NCBI GenBank assembly: GCA_043228905.1
Contig: JBHGNT010000002.1
Span: 3,224,001-3,288,000, forward strand
Direction of reading: 5' to 3'
Length of the DNA stretch: 64,000 nt
Source: Azolla caroliniana
Lineage: Eukaryota; Plantae; Polypodiophyta
How positions within the stretch are numbered: position 1 is the first letter of the stretch; each line of letters opens with the position of its first letter. The notes below the pieces were generated by a model. It searched no databases. It was not told the DNA's origin and saw only the letters and a list, made by a program, of their open reading frames with translations. Positions 24,905 through 38,194 of the stretch are shown piece after piece. A program made the translations under genes and the position numbers.

Positions 24905-27795
24905 AAGTACAAGGGACGAAGCGGAGAACGAAGACCAGTCCTATGGGTCACCTCACACCAGACTAGAGACTCTGGCGATCGGCATCGGATCCGACATAAG
25001 ACCAAGATGCAGACGATGGCGGTAGGAGAACGGGGTTCAGCAATCCAGAGAATGACGAACGGACCCGGACGAGAACCGGACGGAGCGGACTCCCGGATAA
25101 CCGATCCGGGAGGGAGGAGAGAGCAGGCCTACGGAGAGGCCGGGAACACAGTATGTCTGTACCACGGGAGAGGGTGTGGAGCAAGCCACCCTCTCGACTT
25201 GCGGAGAAAGACGACCCGGGATAAGGGTACGAGATATGACGAGCCCAAGGAGGATCCTTCACACCGGTTCTAGAGACTCCGGCGGTCGGCTTGAGAGCCG
25301 GCGTGAGACCTAGAGTGACAAACGGTGGCGGTGAGGGGACGAAGGCAAAGGACTATGGATGGGCGGTCTACGGAGATCCTCACACCGATCCAGCGGGCGG
25401 CCCAAGTGCCGACATGTGTCCTATAGGAGAGAACGGTGGTGGGAGGTGAAGGTCACCAACGGAAGAGGCTGACGCGGAGGTCGGGACTACGTCGAGAGGA
25501 AAATGGCAAGCGGTGCTGCCGCGACCTTACACACCAGTTCTAGACACTCCGGCAGCCGGTAACGAGAGCCGGCATAAGACCTAGAGAGCAGAACGGTGGC
25601 GGCGGCGGCAAGGCAAAGACGGCAAGGGGGAGGTCCCACGAAGACACTCACACCAATCCGAAGACTCCAGCAGCCGGCTACGAGAGCTGGCATGAGACCT
25701 AGAGAGAAGAACGGTGGCGACAGGAGAACGAGACTGGACGGCGGAAAACAGAGCGAAAGGAGGTACGAGGTCAGCGAGGCGACAACGAACCGGATACGGA
25801 CCTGACCAACAGAGTCGGCAAGACAAAGATCGGACGCGCTTGGTACACGAGTTGGAGACCCAACAAATTGGAGGCCCAAGAAAGATCCTTCACACTTGTC
25901 CAGAGACCCTGGTAGTTCGGTCGACGTAGCAACGTGAGACCGAGGGTAATGGAAGGTGGCGGCAAGAGGACGAAGGCGGCAACAACAGAGGCACAGACTA
26001 GCCAAGGCGTTACGTGAATGAAGGAGGACATGCGGGCCAGGACGCGGCAAGGATGATCTTCTAGTGAGATGGCAGGGACACCCGGTCAAGGAGTGGTGTG
26101 CCGAGCCGGAAAGGACACACCTGGAAGTGGATCGGAAGATGTGCATACGGCCAATGAGGGCCGATTCAAAGCACGATTACGAGACGGTGTTCGGCATAGG
26201 CGGTGCCGAACAAGGACGACGGAGGCCGATGTCACGGAAATCTGCGAGTGCGTGTAAAAGGGTAGGACCATGGGGGTCTCGGACGAGGGAGAAAGGGGTG
26301 CTAGGAAACCGACTCTGGACACGAGGGAGAGAGAGAGAGAGAAGGAGAGAGGGCATGCGCACGACACCGACTCTTATGCACAAGAAACAAAGGAGGGGAG
26401 TTATGCTCCCGACACCACCAAATACACCGATATGCACAAACAGATACGAATATATATATTACAAGGGGAAAGATACAACCCCGACTTCGAACCGGGCTAC
26501 GCTCAGAACAAACACGAGGGCTCCACATGTCCAACGACGAAGAAGGAGAAGAAGAAGAAGAAGAAGAAGAAGACCAAGAAGTTACTAACCCTAGAAAAAT
26601 CCCAAACAAATGACTCTCGACCAAAATGGTATACCCTTGTGACTCAAAATGGGCAACCCTTTTACAAGGGACCCTCCCTTCCTTTTATAGCACAAGGAGG
26701 GAGGTGCGTAACAATATGGAATAAATCCCGATTTACATGGGATTCTCTGTCCCGACTTAATCCCTACTCGGCGCCATAAAGGCACCCCTATTATCCACAT
26801 GTTTATACAAGGGTAAGTGCACATGCTCCACCCCCCCGATTCTTTTGATATTCCCCGGTTTCTCACCATGGCCCGAAATCTTCACGACATCCGCCCCCAC
26901 CAAACCGCACGTCCACCGGTACGTGCTAAGTTTGGAGAAGGGTGAGAGATTCCGGCTTGTGAGGAACTGGTCTTCCGTAATCCGTATTTCGGTTTTTGTG
27001 TTGGCCTTGCCTGTCCGAACCATCAGCGTCGGTTCCTTCTCTGCGCTTGCCTCTCCGTAGGCTCGTTTGACCCGTCCATAGGTCATTCGCCGTGATCCCA
27101 TAGTGCACGCGCTTCCCCATCGGCCCTTCTTTCGATGGCATGCACACTTCTCGTTCCTTCAAATACGCGGTGTCCTCCGTTCGTTGTCCTAATTGTCATT
27201 CTGCGTTGATCTCCACCGCCTTTGTCCCCTCGCCGCCACCTACCTTCTCCTTGGTCTTACGTTGCTACGACGGCCGAACTACCAAGGTCTCTGGAACCAA
27301 TGTGGAGGATCCCTCTACGGTCTTCTATGCTAGATCGCCTGGACCGGCAACCCATCTTCGCACCTGTATTCCCGCTCTGGCACCTCCGTGTGCCACGCAT
27401 CCCCTTTTCGTGTTCAGCACCGCCCGTGCCGAACTCCGATTACTTCTCATGGACGCGTCGTCAGCCCTCGCTCGGTCAAATCGTGCATCGCCGCTTCTCC
27501 GCATACCAGTGTCCTCCGCGTACGAGGAACACCTCGTAGTAGCCCGCCTGGCCACTTTCGTCTTCTACTGCTACCATCGGTTTGGAGCCTTCCGCTTGGT
27601 GTCGTCCCCTCGCCCCCACCAGCTTGTTACCTCGGGTATGGCTTGCCACACCAGTCATTGCCACTCCAACTGGGCCGTTGAGATCTCCAAAGCAGGTGCG
27701 GAGGATCCTTCTCCAGCCCTCGATCTTGTTTCTAGTCTCCATCCCGCGTAGTCCGTTTACGCACGCAGGTGTTTTCGTTCCCAACACCGTTGTCG

Positions 27796-29707
27796 TGTGG
27801 GTTTTCACACATGATATGAAAACTATGTAAAAATAATAATAATGAAATAATTATTTTAGATTAGATTAATGGCTTGTTATAGAAATATGGATGTACTCAA
27901 GAGCTTCAAAACGCATTTTACTACATATAAAATAGACAACTACATATCAAAGTTATGTGAACATGAAGTTTGAGAAGATAGGGAAAATAGAACTATGATT
28001 TATCCCACATAGATAGGAAACTTAAGGCTCCAACCATATAAGCACATTGAGATCCCTCATTTTTCAGCTATGTGTCAAGAGCACAAAGAAAATAGTTGGA
28101 CTTGAGCCACTTTGTCTAGATGGATGAATGTAGCTAAGTTCCTAGAACCGGTCGGCAATCAAACCGAAACTGTCGGTTATCAAATCGGAATCGGGCAGCA
28201 ATTAAACCGGAATCAGTCGGTCATCAAACTGGCACCAACCGGCAATCAAAGCGGAATCGGCCGGTCATCAAATCGGAACTGGTCGGCAAATCAAACTGGA
28301 ACCGGTCGACAATCAAACTAGAACCAGCCAGCAATCAAACCGATGATCGGACGGAACCGGCGACCGCACGAGGTTGGATGCGGACCAGACGGATTGGATG
28401 GGGGGCGATCGAGACGGACAAATGATAGGATCATATGGCTAATCTCCCTCCTTCCACGTTGTCTTCCGACCCAATTTCGGTTAGTGGCCAATTGTCGTCC
28501 CTTTTGCTCGATCCCGTTCACCTACCGCCACCATCCTTCTCACTCGGTCTCACGTTGCCATGTCGGCTTGAACTGTCAATGTCTCCAAATCGGTGAGAGG
28601 ATCGCTCATCCGCACTGCTTGCTTCGTTGGTTCCCGTTTCCTGCCGCCACCATCCTTCTCACTCGGTCTCACGTCGCCACGCTGTCGTGAAGATCCGTCA
28701 CTACACGCGGATCGTGAGGCGGAACCGCCGGGGTTCTAGACCGGAAGGATTCAAAGTCGGTACAAGGTTTGGCGAGAAAGTACTTAAGATAGATTGGGAA
28801 AGAGAGAAGTTGAGATTAAACGATTGAGAGAGATTGATTGAACTTTTATCTTTGGATTTAAGAAACAAGTTACACCATCAATTTGATAACGAATTTCTTC
28901 TTCTTAATTTCATAATAAAAAAAACGTGTTTTTTCTCCTCCCCCTTCCTTCTTTTATAGATGCTCTCATGCATATGATGCATGTGAGGGTACAAGACATG
29001 CATAAATTGCATGTTTGCCATTTGGCGCTTATATATTACATGTGGTGCATGATAACCATGTCACTCATTTTAGCTCTCATGTATGAGAATTTACATGTAA
29101 AAGTACAATGATAGAAATATAATTCAACTAAATAGCATGGCTTAATGGTAAGCTAATTGACTCCTAACTTGGAGGTGCAAGGTTCGAATCCTTACTTGCC
29201 CTCCTTGTATATGTATATATGTATATATATTTATATATTTATTTATCTAGTCGTCGGACGCCGGTTCGTCGGATGCTGTCGGTTACCGATGCCGTTGCCA
29301 GATTGTCGTCGGTTGCCGTCGGATCACCAGCTCCATCACCGGTCCGGTTTTGGTTGGCCAAAACCCTTTACGAGTAACTAGCCCACCTCCACTCTTAGTT
29401 CAAGTTACCTTGAACTCTCTATGCTCCACACATAAACACAAAGATAATATCTTTTGCTCTACCTTATATATGATGAGAGCCGTATTTGTCGTGCCTATGT
29501 GGGATATCTCACAATTTTCTCTTTTCCTTTCACAAACTTTATACCCTCGTATCTTGACATTTAGTTGTCCGTTTCTCGTGTAATAAAGTGCATTCGAAAC
29601 CTCCATCATTTTGTACTTAGATATTAAATTTATTTAAAATGTTATCTTCACAATTATTGTATTATGTGATTCATACTCGATTTCGTACGTTTTATGGGAT
29701 TTTCACA
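27796..29707. mobile_element. Non-autonomous Mutator-like element (MULE) with long diverged TIRs
   Basis: 27830-28110 is a diverged inverted copy of 29400-29690 (e.g. gacaacta, aagttt, atcccacatag, ggctc..catata). Flanking 9-mers ccgttgtcg (27787-27795) and ctattgccg (29708-29716) differ only by transitions. ~22-bp aaaccggaatcggtcggcaatc repeats at 28145-28345. Confidence 0.55.
29133..29200 (+). other. tRNA-Arg(CCT)-like degenerate sequence (pseudo-tRNA or SINE head) inside the MULE-like element
   Basis: A-box TGGCTTAATGG, anticodon loop ctCCTaa, T-arm AAGG-TTCGAAT-CCTT. Acceptor and anticodon stems pair poorly. Confidence 0.5.
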
Positions 29708-29716
29708 CTATTGCCG

Positions 29717-30135
29717 AAAATCTTCACGACATCCACCCCCACCAAACCGCACGTCCTCTGGTACGTGCCAAGAAGAGAGAAAGTGAGATTTCGGCTACGA
29801 TGATCAATTAGATTCCTCCATGTCTTCATTTACATCCGCCCTATTATGTTCATCGTCAAGGTAATCGAGGTCAAGATCCTTGTCTTGTCTTTTCTTGAAA
29901 ATCTTTACTCTTTTTCCCGCAATGGGTACGGCCAACCTTGATCCGTCTAGCTCCGCAAGGTGGTATGTGGCATTATCGTTGGCACTTGTCACCACATACG
30001 GCCTGAACCATCTTCTTGCGAATTTCCTTGTTGTACTGTGTTGATTGTCAAGGGTGCTATCGTAAACCAAAACCCAATCCCCTTCTTCAATCTTCTTGGG
30101 ACGAAGTCGATGCGTGTTGTCGAATCCATGTATCA
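29717..30135 (-). mobile_element. Gypsy integrase C-terminal fragment followed by PPT and LTR start (29731)
   Basis: FDNTHRLRPKKIEEGDWVLVY...KFARRWFRPYVV...NATYHLAELDG is a GPY/F-type integrase tail. It is followed by a PPT-like GGTTTGGTG(G)nTGGA and TGTCGTGAAGA, the same junction as at 26889. Confidence 0.75.
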
Positions 30136-30480
30136 CGGGATTTATCCCACATAGTCACACGACCCTCACCTTGTTCTATAAAAGGGAGGGCGTGCTTCTT
30201 GTACAAGGGTTCCCACCCGTTGGGTCCCAAACTATTTTGTTCCTTTTTTTGAGGTTCCGTTTAGGGTTAATAAACTTCTGTGCATAACGTCTTTCTCTAT
30301 TCTCTATTCTCTATTAGGGTTTCATCTTGGTGTGTGCGTTGTCTCTGTTTTTTGTTAGGGTTTCGGTGTCTTTTGTGCGCATGCGTAGGCGGTGTAATTG
30401 GTTATGGCCAATGGCGTGCAAACTGTCTGTGTTTCCCCTTGAGTTCCTGTTCATTGGCTCTATGCACTCCACGGTCCGGC
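30136..30480 (+). mobile_element. Gypsy LTR fragment in opposite orientation to the 26889 LTR
   Basis: cgggatttatcccacatag...ccttgttctataaaagggaggg...cttgtacaagggtt is an inverted homologue of 26656-26731. Confidence 0.6.
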
Positions 30481-30855
30481 ATGTCTGTGAGTGTGTGTGT
30501 GTGTGTGTAGGCGTTGGCTTCTGTCGCTTACGCAAAGCCGCGCGCTAGGTGGTTCGTGGGCAGGTTCCCCTCCTTGGCGCGCAAGACCCCACTCGGTTCA
30601 GCAAGCCCGTGCGCTCCCTGAAGGTGGCTTGGCACAGGAGGCGGTCATTCTGGAAGAGGCGTGCCCTGCATGAGGGTCCCGTTGCGCGAACGAGCCCGAG
30701 AGCTCCCAGGTCGGCCCTAAGATGCAGGCTCCCTCTTCCTCTCCGCGTGGAACTAGCGTTGCAGCGAGCGTAGAGAGTGTGAGTGTGTGTCTCCGGTTAG
30801 CGTAGGGCCCGGGAGCGGGTGCATGTGTGGTCGTCGGTGTAGAGGTGTCAGATGT

Positions 30856-31551
30856 AACCGGGTGAGTATTTGTGTGTGTGGGTGTGTGCGGGCGCGGTTA
30901 ACCAGGCCATGTCTCGTGCCTCTTTTGGGCCCATTGTACAAACCGGCGAAAGGGGCAGAAAGGACGAGGGCACGCCCTCTCGCTTCCTGTGCGGTTACCG
31001 GTCGTGTCAGGAGAATACCCAAGATCGAACCAACCAGCAACGCGGCGAGACCCGGAGGATTCGAGTACCCAACAACTCCTCCTCTCCTGTTCCATGACCC
31101 TGGTGGTCCTGCTCGTATCCTACATGCAAACGTGGATTAACGCGACAGTGTTCCAGTGCTCTTTTCCGGGATTGCTCATGAACAAGCACACCACTTCAAC
31201 TGCAACCGGGTGAGTATTTGTGTGTGTGCGTGTGTGCGGGCGCGGTTAACCAGGCTGTGTCTCGTGCCTCTTTTGGACCCATTGTACAAACCGGCGAAAG
31301 GGGCGGAAAGGACGAGGGCACGCCCTCTCGCTTCTTGTGCGGTTACCGGTCGTGTCAGGAGAATACCCAAGATCGAACCAACCGGCAACGCGACGAGACC
31401 CAGAGGATTCGAGTACCCAACAACTCCTCCCCTCCTGTTCCATGACCCTGGTGGTCCTGCTCGTATCCTACATGCAAACACTGATTGACGCGACAATGTT
31501 CCAGTGCTCTTTTCTGGGATTGCTCATGAACAAGCACACCACTCCAACTGC
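30856..31551. repeat. 348-bp tandem duplication spanning the broken 3' end of the degenerate Copia
   Basis: 30856-31203 vs 31204-31551 are near-identical. Paired ORFs in the track confirm the offset. Confidence 0.9.
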
Positions 31552-34500
31552 ATATTCGATATTCGATCGGGTACATACCATCGCGTACATCAAGCTCCCA
31601 ACGGGAGAAGCATATGGTATCTTCATCATATTCATCTTCTCCACCTTTGTCCTTGGGCTTTGCTTTTGAGACAACTTGCAATTTCCCAAAAGTGTCGATC
31701 CGACCAGTTTCGCCTCCGAGATGTTGAACCTTTGGAGTACCTTTGTCACATACTTTTCCTGTGACAACCACAACAGCTTCTTCAACCGGTCCCAGATGAT
31801 GTGCATTCCCAATACCTGTCTTGCCGACCCCAAGTCTTTCATTGAGAAGGTCCGGTTCAGAGCCTTCTTTAGCATCCGTATCTTGACTTGGTCTCGTCCG
31901 ACGATCATCATATCATCCACATATAGGAGTATCAAGAAATCTCCTCCGTCAAATTTCTTCACAAACACGCAGTGATCGGCTTGCGTTTTGTGGTACCCTT
32001 GTTCGGTCATGAAGGAGTCAAACTTCTAGTACCATTGTCGGGGGGCTTGCTTCAATCCGTATAGGCTCTTCTTCAGCCGGCACACCAAGTGCTCCTTCCC
32101 TTTCTTCTCAAATCCTTATGGTTGATGCATGTAGATTTCTTCGTTGAGGTCACCATGTAGGAATGTTGTCTTGATGTCCAGTTGCTCTACCTCGAGATCC
32201 ATGCTTGTCGTTATGCCCAATATTGTCCGATGGATGTCATCTTTACTACTGGGGCAAAGATCTCATCGTAATCCACTCCTTTCTTCTGCTGGAAGCCCTT
32301 CACCATGATTCAGGCCTTATACCTTGGTGGATTTCCGGCATCTCTCGGTTTCAACTTGTACACTCACTTGTTCCGGAGTGCTCTCTTCCCTTTTGGCAAC
32401 TCCGTCGGTTCATATGTGTGGTTCTCATGCAGGGAATCCATCTCATCCTGCATGGCACTCAACCACTTGCAGTTGTGGGTGTCTGTCTTTGCTTCTTCAA
32501 AGCTTTCTGGCTCCCCCTCATCGGTTATCAACACATGCTCTGCATCCGGAAATCTCCGGCGGGCTCTTCTCTCTCGGAGAGGATATCTCTATCCCTGGTT
32601 TTTGACTGTCGGTTCCTTCGTTTTTTTTTAATCCGAATTCGATTCAGGATCTTGTCTGGTTCTGGTGTCTTCTTCTTCTTCCTCGGTCGGTTTGGTTTCT
32701 TGTCTGTATTCGGTCGGTTCGTCGAGTGTCATCTAGTTACCGGCTAACATCCGGTTTTCAATCGGGTATGTCCTTGTGTCCTCAAGCCGGTTTTCATTGG
32801 ATGATCCGGAGTTTATCACCTTCGTCTCCGACTCCCAGTCGGCAATGGTCTTGTCTTCCATGAAGACTATGTCTCGACTCCGAACACCTTCTTGTCGACG
32901 AGATCCCACGTAACCGAACTCATCATCGTCGTATCCAAGGAATATGCATGGCCTCGACTTCGGATCCAACTTTGCTCTCTAGTCCTTTGCTACATGCACA
33001 TATGCGAGACACCCGAACACCTTCAGATGCCGGTAAGACACGTCCTTACCAGTCCATACTCTTTGCGGTGTGTCTCTGTCCAAGGGGACTAAGGGTGATC
33101 TGTTTATCACATAGGTCGTCGTCGTCAGTGCCTTAGCCCAAAACGTCTTGGGTAACTTTGCATGTGCCAACATACTCTGAACTCTCTCCATCATGGTCCG
33201 GTTCATCCGTTCTGCCAGCCCGTTCAATTTCGGCGTATTTGGCATGGTAAATTCGAGTCGGATTCCCTTCGACCGGCAGTACTCCTCGAACTACCCCCGG
33301 TATTCTCCTCCGTTGTCCGCTCGAAGTGCTTTCAGCTTCCGGCTAGTTTCTCTTTCCACTCTCGTGGAGCTCCTTGAAGACGGATAACACTTGATCCTTC
33401 GTCTTTAGTGGTGAGACCCACAAGTTCCAGTTGTGGTCATCTATGAACGTCACGAAGTACTGCGATCCGGCATGTGACTTCGTGTCCACTTGACACACAT
33501 CGGTATGCACCAGCTCCAGTGGTGCATTCCGTCTCATCGATGGTCTTGACCGGAAGGAGGTTCGGTTTTGCTTGCCGGCCAGGCAGTCGGTGCACTTCTC
33601 AAGTTGCACGTCCTTCACCAGAATAAGATTGTCTTCGGCAAGCCTCTTCATCCCCTTCTCACTCATGTGACACGGTCTTTTGTGCCACATCTCACCGGCA
33701 ATGTCGGATACTACGTTCACTTCTTCCTGGCATATCCGGGCATTCATCAAGTACAATGTGTTGACCTTCCGGGCTCAAGCCACTATTAGGCTCTGTTTGC
33801 ATAACTTCATGACTCCGTTCCGGATGCTACCCGTGTAGCCTTCATCATCTAGCCGATTGGCTGATATCAGGTTCAATTGAACCTTCGGAACGTGTCAGAC
33901 ATCCTTCAACAACAACTTGCATCCGGTTGGTGTTGTTAACAACACATCTCCTATGCCGACAATTTGGCATGTACCTTCATTCCCCATCCGGACACAACCA
34001 TGATCACCGGTTGTGTAGGATGAGAAGCATCTCTGGTCCGGTGTCAGGTGGAACGACGCTCCGAAATCGACAACCCACGTTGTCTCCTCGCCGACAAGGT
34101 TTAACTCATTCTCCTTAGTAATGAGCATCAGTTCCTCTTCACTTGTCGCAATTGCCGACGTTCCTTTCCAATCCGGGCCTCTCCGGTCCGAACCGTTTCG
34201 GTCCAAACTCTTGTTCGAATAGATGGTGTTGGTTTCTTTCTCTTTCTGGAAATGCCGACAGTTCTTCTGGAAGTGTCCCGACTTTCCACAATAGAAGCAT
34301 GTAGGCCTCCCCCTTGACTTCGACTTCGTCCCCGATTTGTCCCGGTTTTGGGGACTCCGATACCGGCCTCTTCCCCGGTTGTGATTATCTTCCGTGACCA
34401 AGGCCTTCAGATCGGTTGCGGACTCCCGGTCCTTCCGGGCAGCTTCTTCATCTAGCAAGCTTGACTTTACCCTTACTAGGGACAATTGCTTTCCTTCCGG

Positions 34501-35070
34501 CCCGGCGTTGCCCAACGTGACAACTAACGTCTCCCAGCTATTCAGGAGGGAACCGAGCAGGAGCAATGCGAGTACCTCATCGGCAAGAGGTACTTCCAGT
34601 GAGGTTGCTTGATGTATTAGCCCCTGTAAGGCATTCATGTGCTCCACCATACTGGAGTCATCTTGGTACCGGAGCCTCACTAGCCTCCGGAATATCGAAA
34701 CCCGATTAACGACATTCTTGTTCTAAAACATGATGCCGATCTTCTCCCAAAGTTCATGAGCCTTGCTCTCTTCATTGAAGTTGTTGTACATGCTCATGTC
34801 GATGAAGCATCGAATGTATGTCGTCGTCTTCATGTGCATCACCTCCCACACTGTGGCGTCGATTTTATCCGGTTTCTTATCCCCGAACTGAACCGGCAAC
34901 CATAGATCTTTAACCACTAGCATATCCCTCATCGTCGACTTCCACACTAAGTAGTTGGAGTCGGTGAGCTTGAACATGTTGCAGAACGATTCTTCCATTT
35001 CCTGTGTTGTTCGCTCTAATACCAGATTGAAGAGAAAAGCGCAGAATATTGCTCGGTCACAACCAAGTCT
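31490..35070 (-). mobile_element. Degenerate, 3'-truncated Ty1/Copia element related to the intact one
   Basis: PBS TGGTATTAGAGC at 35024-35013, and an LTR-end remnant (cggttgtgaccgagca) at about 35030-35065. gag, CCHC, protease, integrase and RT fragments carry stops and frameshifts. The sequence ends at EHWN in RT; no RNase H or 3' LTR. Confidence 0.9.
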
Positions 35071-38000
35071 TGAATTGGTCACAATTGAGTAGTGGTACTT
35101 GTGGATGGGAAGTAACACTAATATGGTGTTATTGGATTTGAACGATAAACTCCTTAAGCATTGAAATGCTACCTTTTGCCATTGTAAGCACAAGGTTCCT
35201 ATGTAATTTTGGTCGCAAGATCTTCATATCTAACGTGAAGTTCTCAAACTTAGTACATCCCATCAAAGTTTCAAGTTAAGGTGGAGCAACTTGGCTACAT
35301 TGACCCAAATATGATCAAAGCCTCAATTGTTGAGCTTTTAGTGGCCAAGCAATTAACTCATTTACCTTATAGGCATTGTAACTTTGATAGTCATAAGTTG
35401 TAACAAGGTCACATTATCTTCTCATCTTGGTTTTTTTTTGTGCATCGGGGGTGTCTTCCATATAATAGCTCAAGTGTAAGATTTGTTGATTTATGGGTAA
35501 TGGATTGTTAGTTCACATGATTTTTCATTCTTGAAAAATTTTCGATGTTAAAGTTGCTAAGTTCATTATAGGAATAATTGTGTTGCTCTGTGCAATGAGA
35601 TTAGCATACCCTTCTTTTCCCTGTTGGGGTTGTAGCTTCATTCCTTTCACCATATCTATTCATGGTCCTCCTATGTATTGTTTGGTGTTGAATTGTTTCT
35701 ACTAGCCAAATATTAGCTTAGTTTCCACTTTAATTTTGTCATGGTCCAAGTTCCTTGTTCTTTGCCCATCTAGATTTTGAATAATACATTGGGCACAAGT
35801 GACCTCTTGTATCCCAATCTCTAAAGTTATGAGAAACAATAGGTTTATGTCAACCTTTCTTTTTCTTTTTGAACATTTTGATAATACGTGTCATATACTT
35901 TCCACTTCAAATCACGTGTAAACCAATCAATTCAAATCTTGTGCTTTTTTCCTTAGTGAAAATAGTAAGTGTTTTAGTTAGAGAGGCTTCCATCTATTTG
36001 TTATACCTTTTATCAGTGTTAGGGTTATAAGAATCTTGTTTAATGGCAAACTCATTTAACATCTAAGGTCATTGACTATATGTGAAAGGTCCCTTTGAGC
36101 ATTCACTTCGGTTGCATTGATCATTCTATAACATGTATATAAGAGTGTATGCATTAGCTACTTCCAAGTAATGAGATAACATCTCATTTTCTTGTACTTG
36201 TTGTAATTGATAGGGTGTGAAACCCCACCCAACACCTTAGACTATTTGTCATGGTCAATTTTAGGCTTGATGAAATTCATTCCTAGGCTTGGTAAGGTAA
36301 TTTGGGGTGGTATAATGACCAAAGTTGTTTGTTGAAGTGCACATAACAAGGACTAAATCGTCCATGTTGAGACTTTTTGGAAAATATCTAGGTGATATGT
36401 GACAAAAGCCTTACACTAGTTACAAGGTTGCAATCACCTTTGGTAAAGATATGAGCAATTGTGGTCATTGTGGTGACCTTGACATGTTAGGCTTCTTGTG
36501 TTTTTTTTTTTGTATCGCATATCTCAATGGCTTCTCAAATCTTCTTGTATTTGTGTCGAGAGTAAGGGGAGGTGCTCAAAGAAACCTTTTTCTAAGATCC
36601 ACGTGTAGTGATATTGGTGCAAAGGCCAAACAAATGATCTTCCATACCCATGGCCTCATAGCATGCCCGCACAAACAATCTACAATTTTCCATGATAGGA
36701 AAGTTCGACAATGCCTAATTAATACAAACTCCTAATAAAATAATTCCTTAGATTTAGGTTTGACATTCTATCTTCTAGTTTTGCATTGGTGTTGAAGGTT
36801 CTTGTATGGATGATGTTATCACATATGGTATGTATCACCTTTTGTTTATGGAGAAGTCTTCTTTTACTAAAGTAAAGCCACTCAATATTTTATCGGGAAG
36901 AGGTCTAAACTAGTTCCCAACTTGCCCTTCAAGAGTCAACATGAAAGTTGTTGTTTGAAATAGGCTCATAAACACGAAGGAGCTTTTTGAAATTATCGAT
37001 GCAATCACAGGGGTCCTTGTGTCTGAGGTATTTGAAACCATTTTGTTTATATGGGAGAACTTACCATAGTCACAAGGGAAACATTGATTTTGTGGGTTGT
37101 TTGTCACTATCCATGCACCGATGTTAGTGTTTTCTTCCAAGTGTTGGTCTTTATCAAGACCCTCAAAAGCAAGGTGATCAACATGGAATGAAAAGTTAAA
37201 AGTGTTTTGGTGATTGAAGGACATCTAACATGGCAAATACTCATTCAAGAAAAGTTGAATTGCTACTCATTTTTTGACCTTAAACATTGCATGAAAGTTA
37301 TAAGAAGGAATTGTTATGCAATAAGTTGAAACAAACATATGTAGACATAAAAGAAACATCCATCAATACATTAGGCCGCTAAAAAACTCATTCTTCATTC
37401 ATTCCTTGTGGAATCAAACAGGAAGCAATTTGCCATGAATTAGTTGAGAGGCAATCAAACTATTGATATATGTAACATGTCATTATATCCATTCATTCAT
37501 TTATGAGCTCCAAAAACAAATTGTTGACTATAAAGGCATGATTTTTCATCACACGTAAATATGTAGAGATACATGCACACCTCCTTAATAGTTGACCATC
37601 ACAAAATCAATGCTAAATTCTTTCTGAGTATTTCAAAAATATGGTCAAAAAGAGCTACATACACGGTACCTTCGCAAGCGTTGACCATAGAGAATCTTTT
37701 GCTAGACCTTTTTGATGTAACGACTTATTATGAAAAGGCTATGTCAATGTGTTTTGGAATGCAAATCCAACCCTTAACTAAGTGACTTCTAAGTGCCCAA
37801 AATATGGTGCGCCATAAGAGCGAACACGAGTATGTATCCCTCTTCTGTTCCCATTTGGTATTTTGAGTGGGCATCGTTACAACTCCAATCATGAAAAAGA
37901 GGATACGCTCACTCACAACGTGAGCATGAAGGTGTTTTTACAAACCATGGATAGAGAAACCTTGAGAGCTTTGTTCGGGCCATTCTCCCCCCTTTCCCTC

Positions 38001-38194
38001 TAACGGAATCAGATCATATTCTCATGCCGTAGCGTTCTCAACCATTGGCTCATCCAAGGAAGCGGTTGAGTTTCATGGGCCCGAAGTTTAGGGAGGGAAT
38101 GGATGTTCGGGTGGAAGCGAAGCAGATCAGGCGACAATAGTATCAAGCGAACGGTGGACGAGAGTGAGAGCTAGGTGTCCAGAAGCGTCGGAAA

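Larger units (their letters stand above)
19342..26889 (-). mobile_element. Ty3/Gypsy-type 3' LTR (about 2 kb: 26889-24910 plus 19409-19342) interrupted by the Copia insertion
   Basis: Minus strand reads PPT-like GGTTTGGTGGGGGCGGA then TGTCGTGAAGA at 26889. TATAAAAGG near 26685. GC-rich internal repeats (ctagagactccggc...gagacctagag). Putative end ...TCTCACA at 19342. The left boundary is inferred. Confidence 0.55.

Noticed and set aside
20100-27830. Many overlapping and antisense ORFs in GC-rich TE sequence
   Set aside because: They are shadows of the gag-pol frame or GC-rich LTR DNA, with no recognisable motifs.
29133-29200. Functional tRNA gene
   Set aside because: A and B boxes are present, but the acceptor and anticodon stems do not pair. 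The same applies to 17671-17740.
35070-37250. Coding-like decayed minus-strand region (faint Ulp1-like ILVLLPIHKYHYSIV)
   Set aside because: Too many stops and only one weak motif; it cannot be classified without a translated search.
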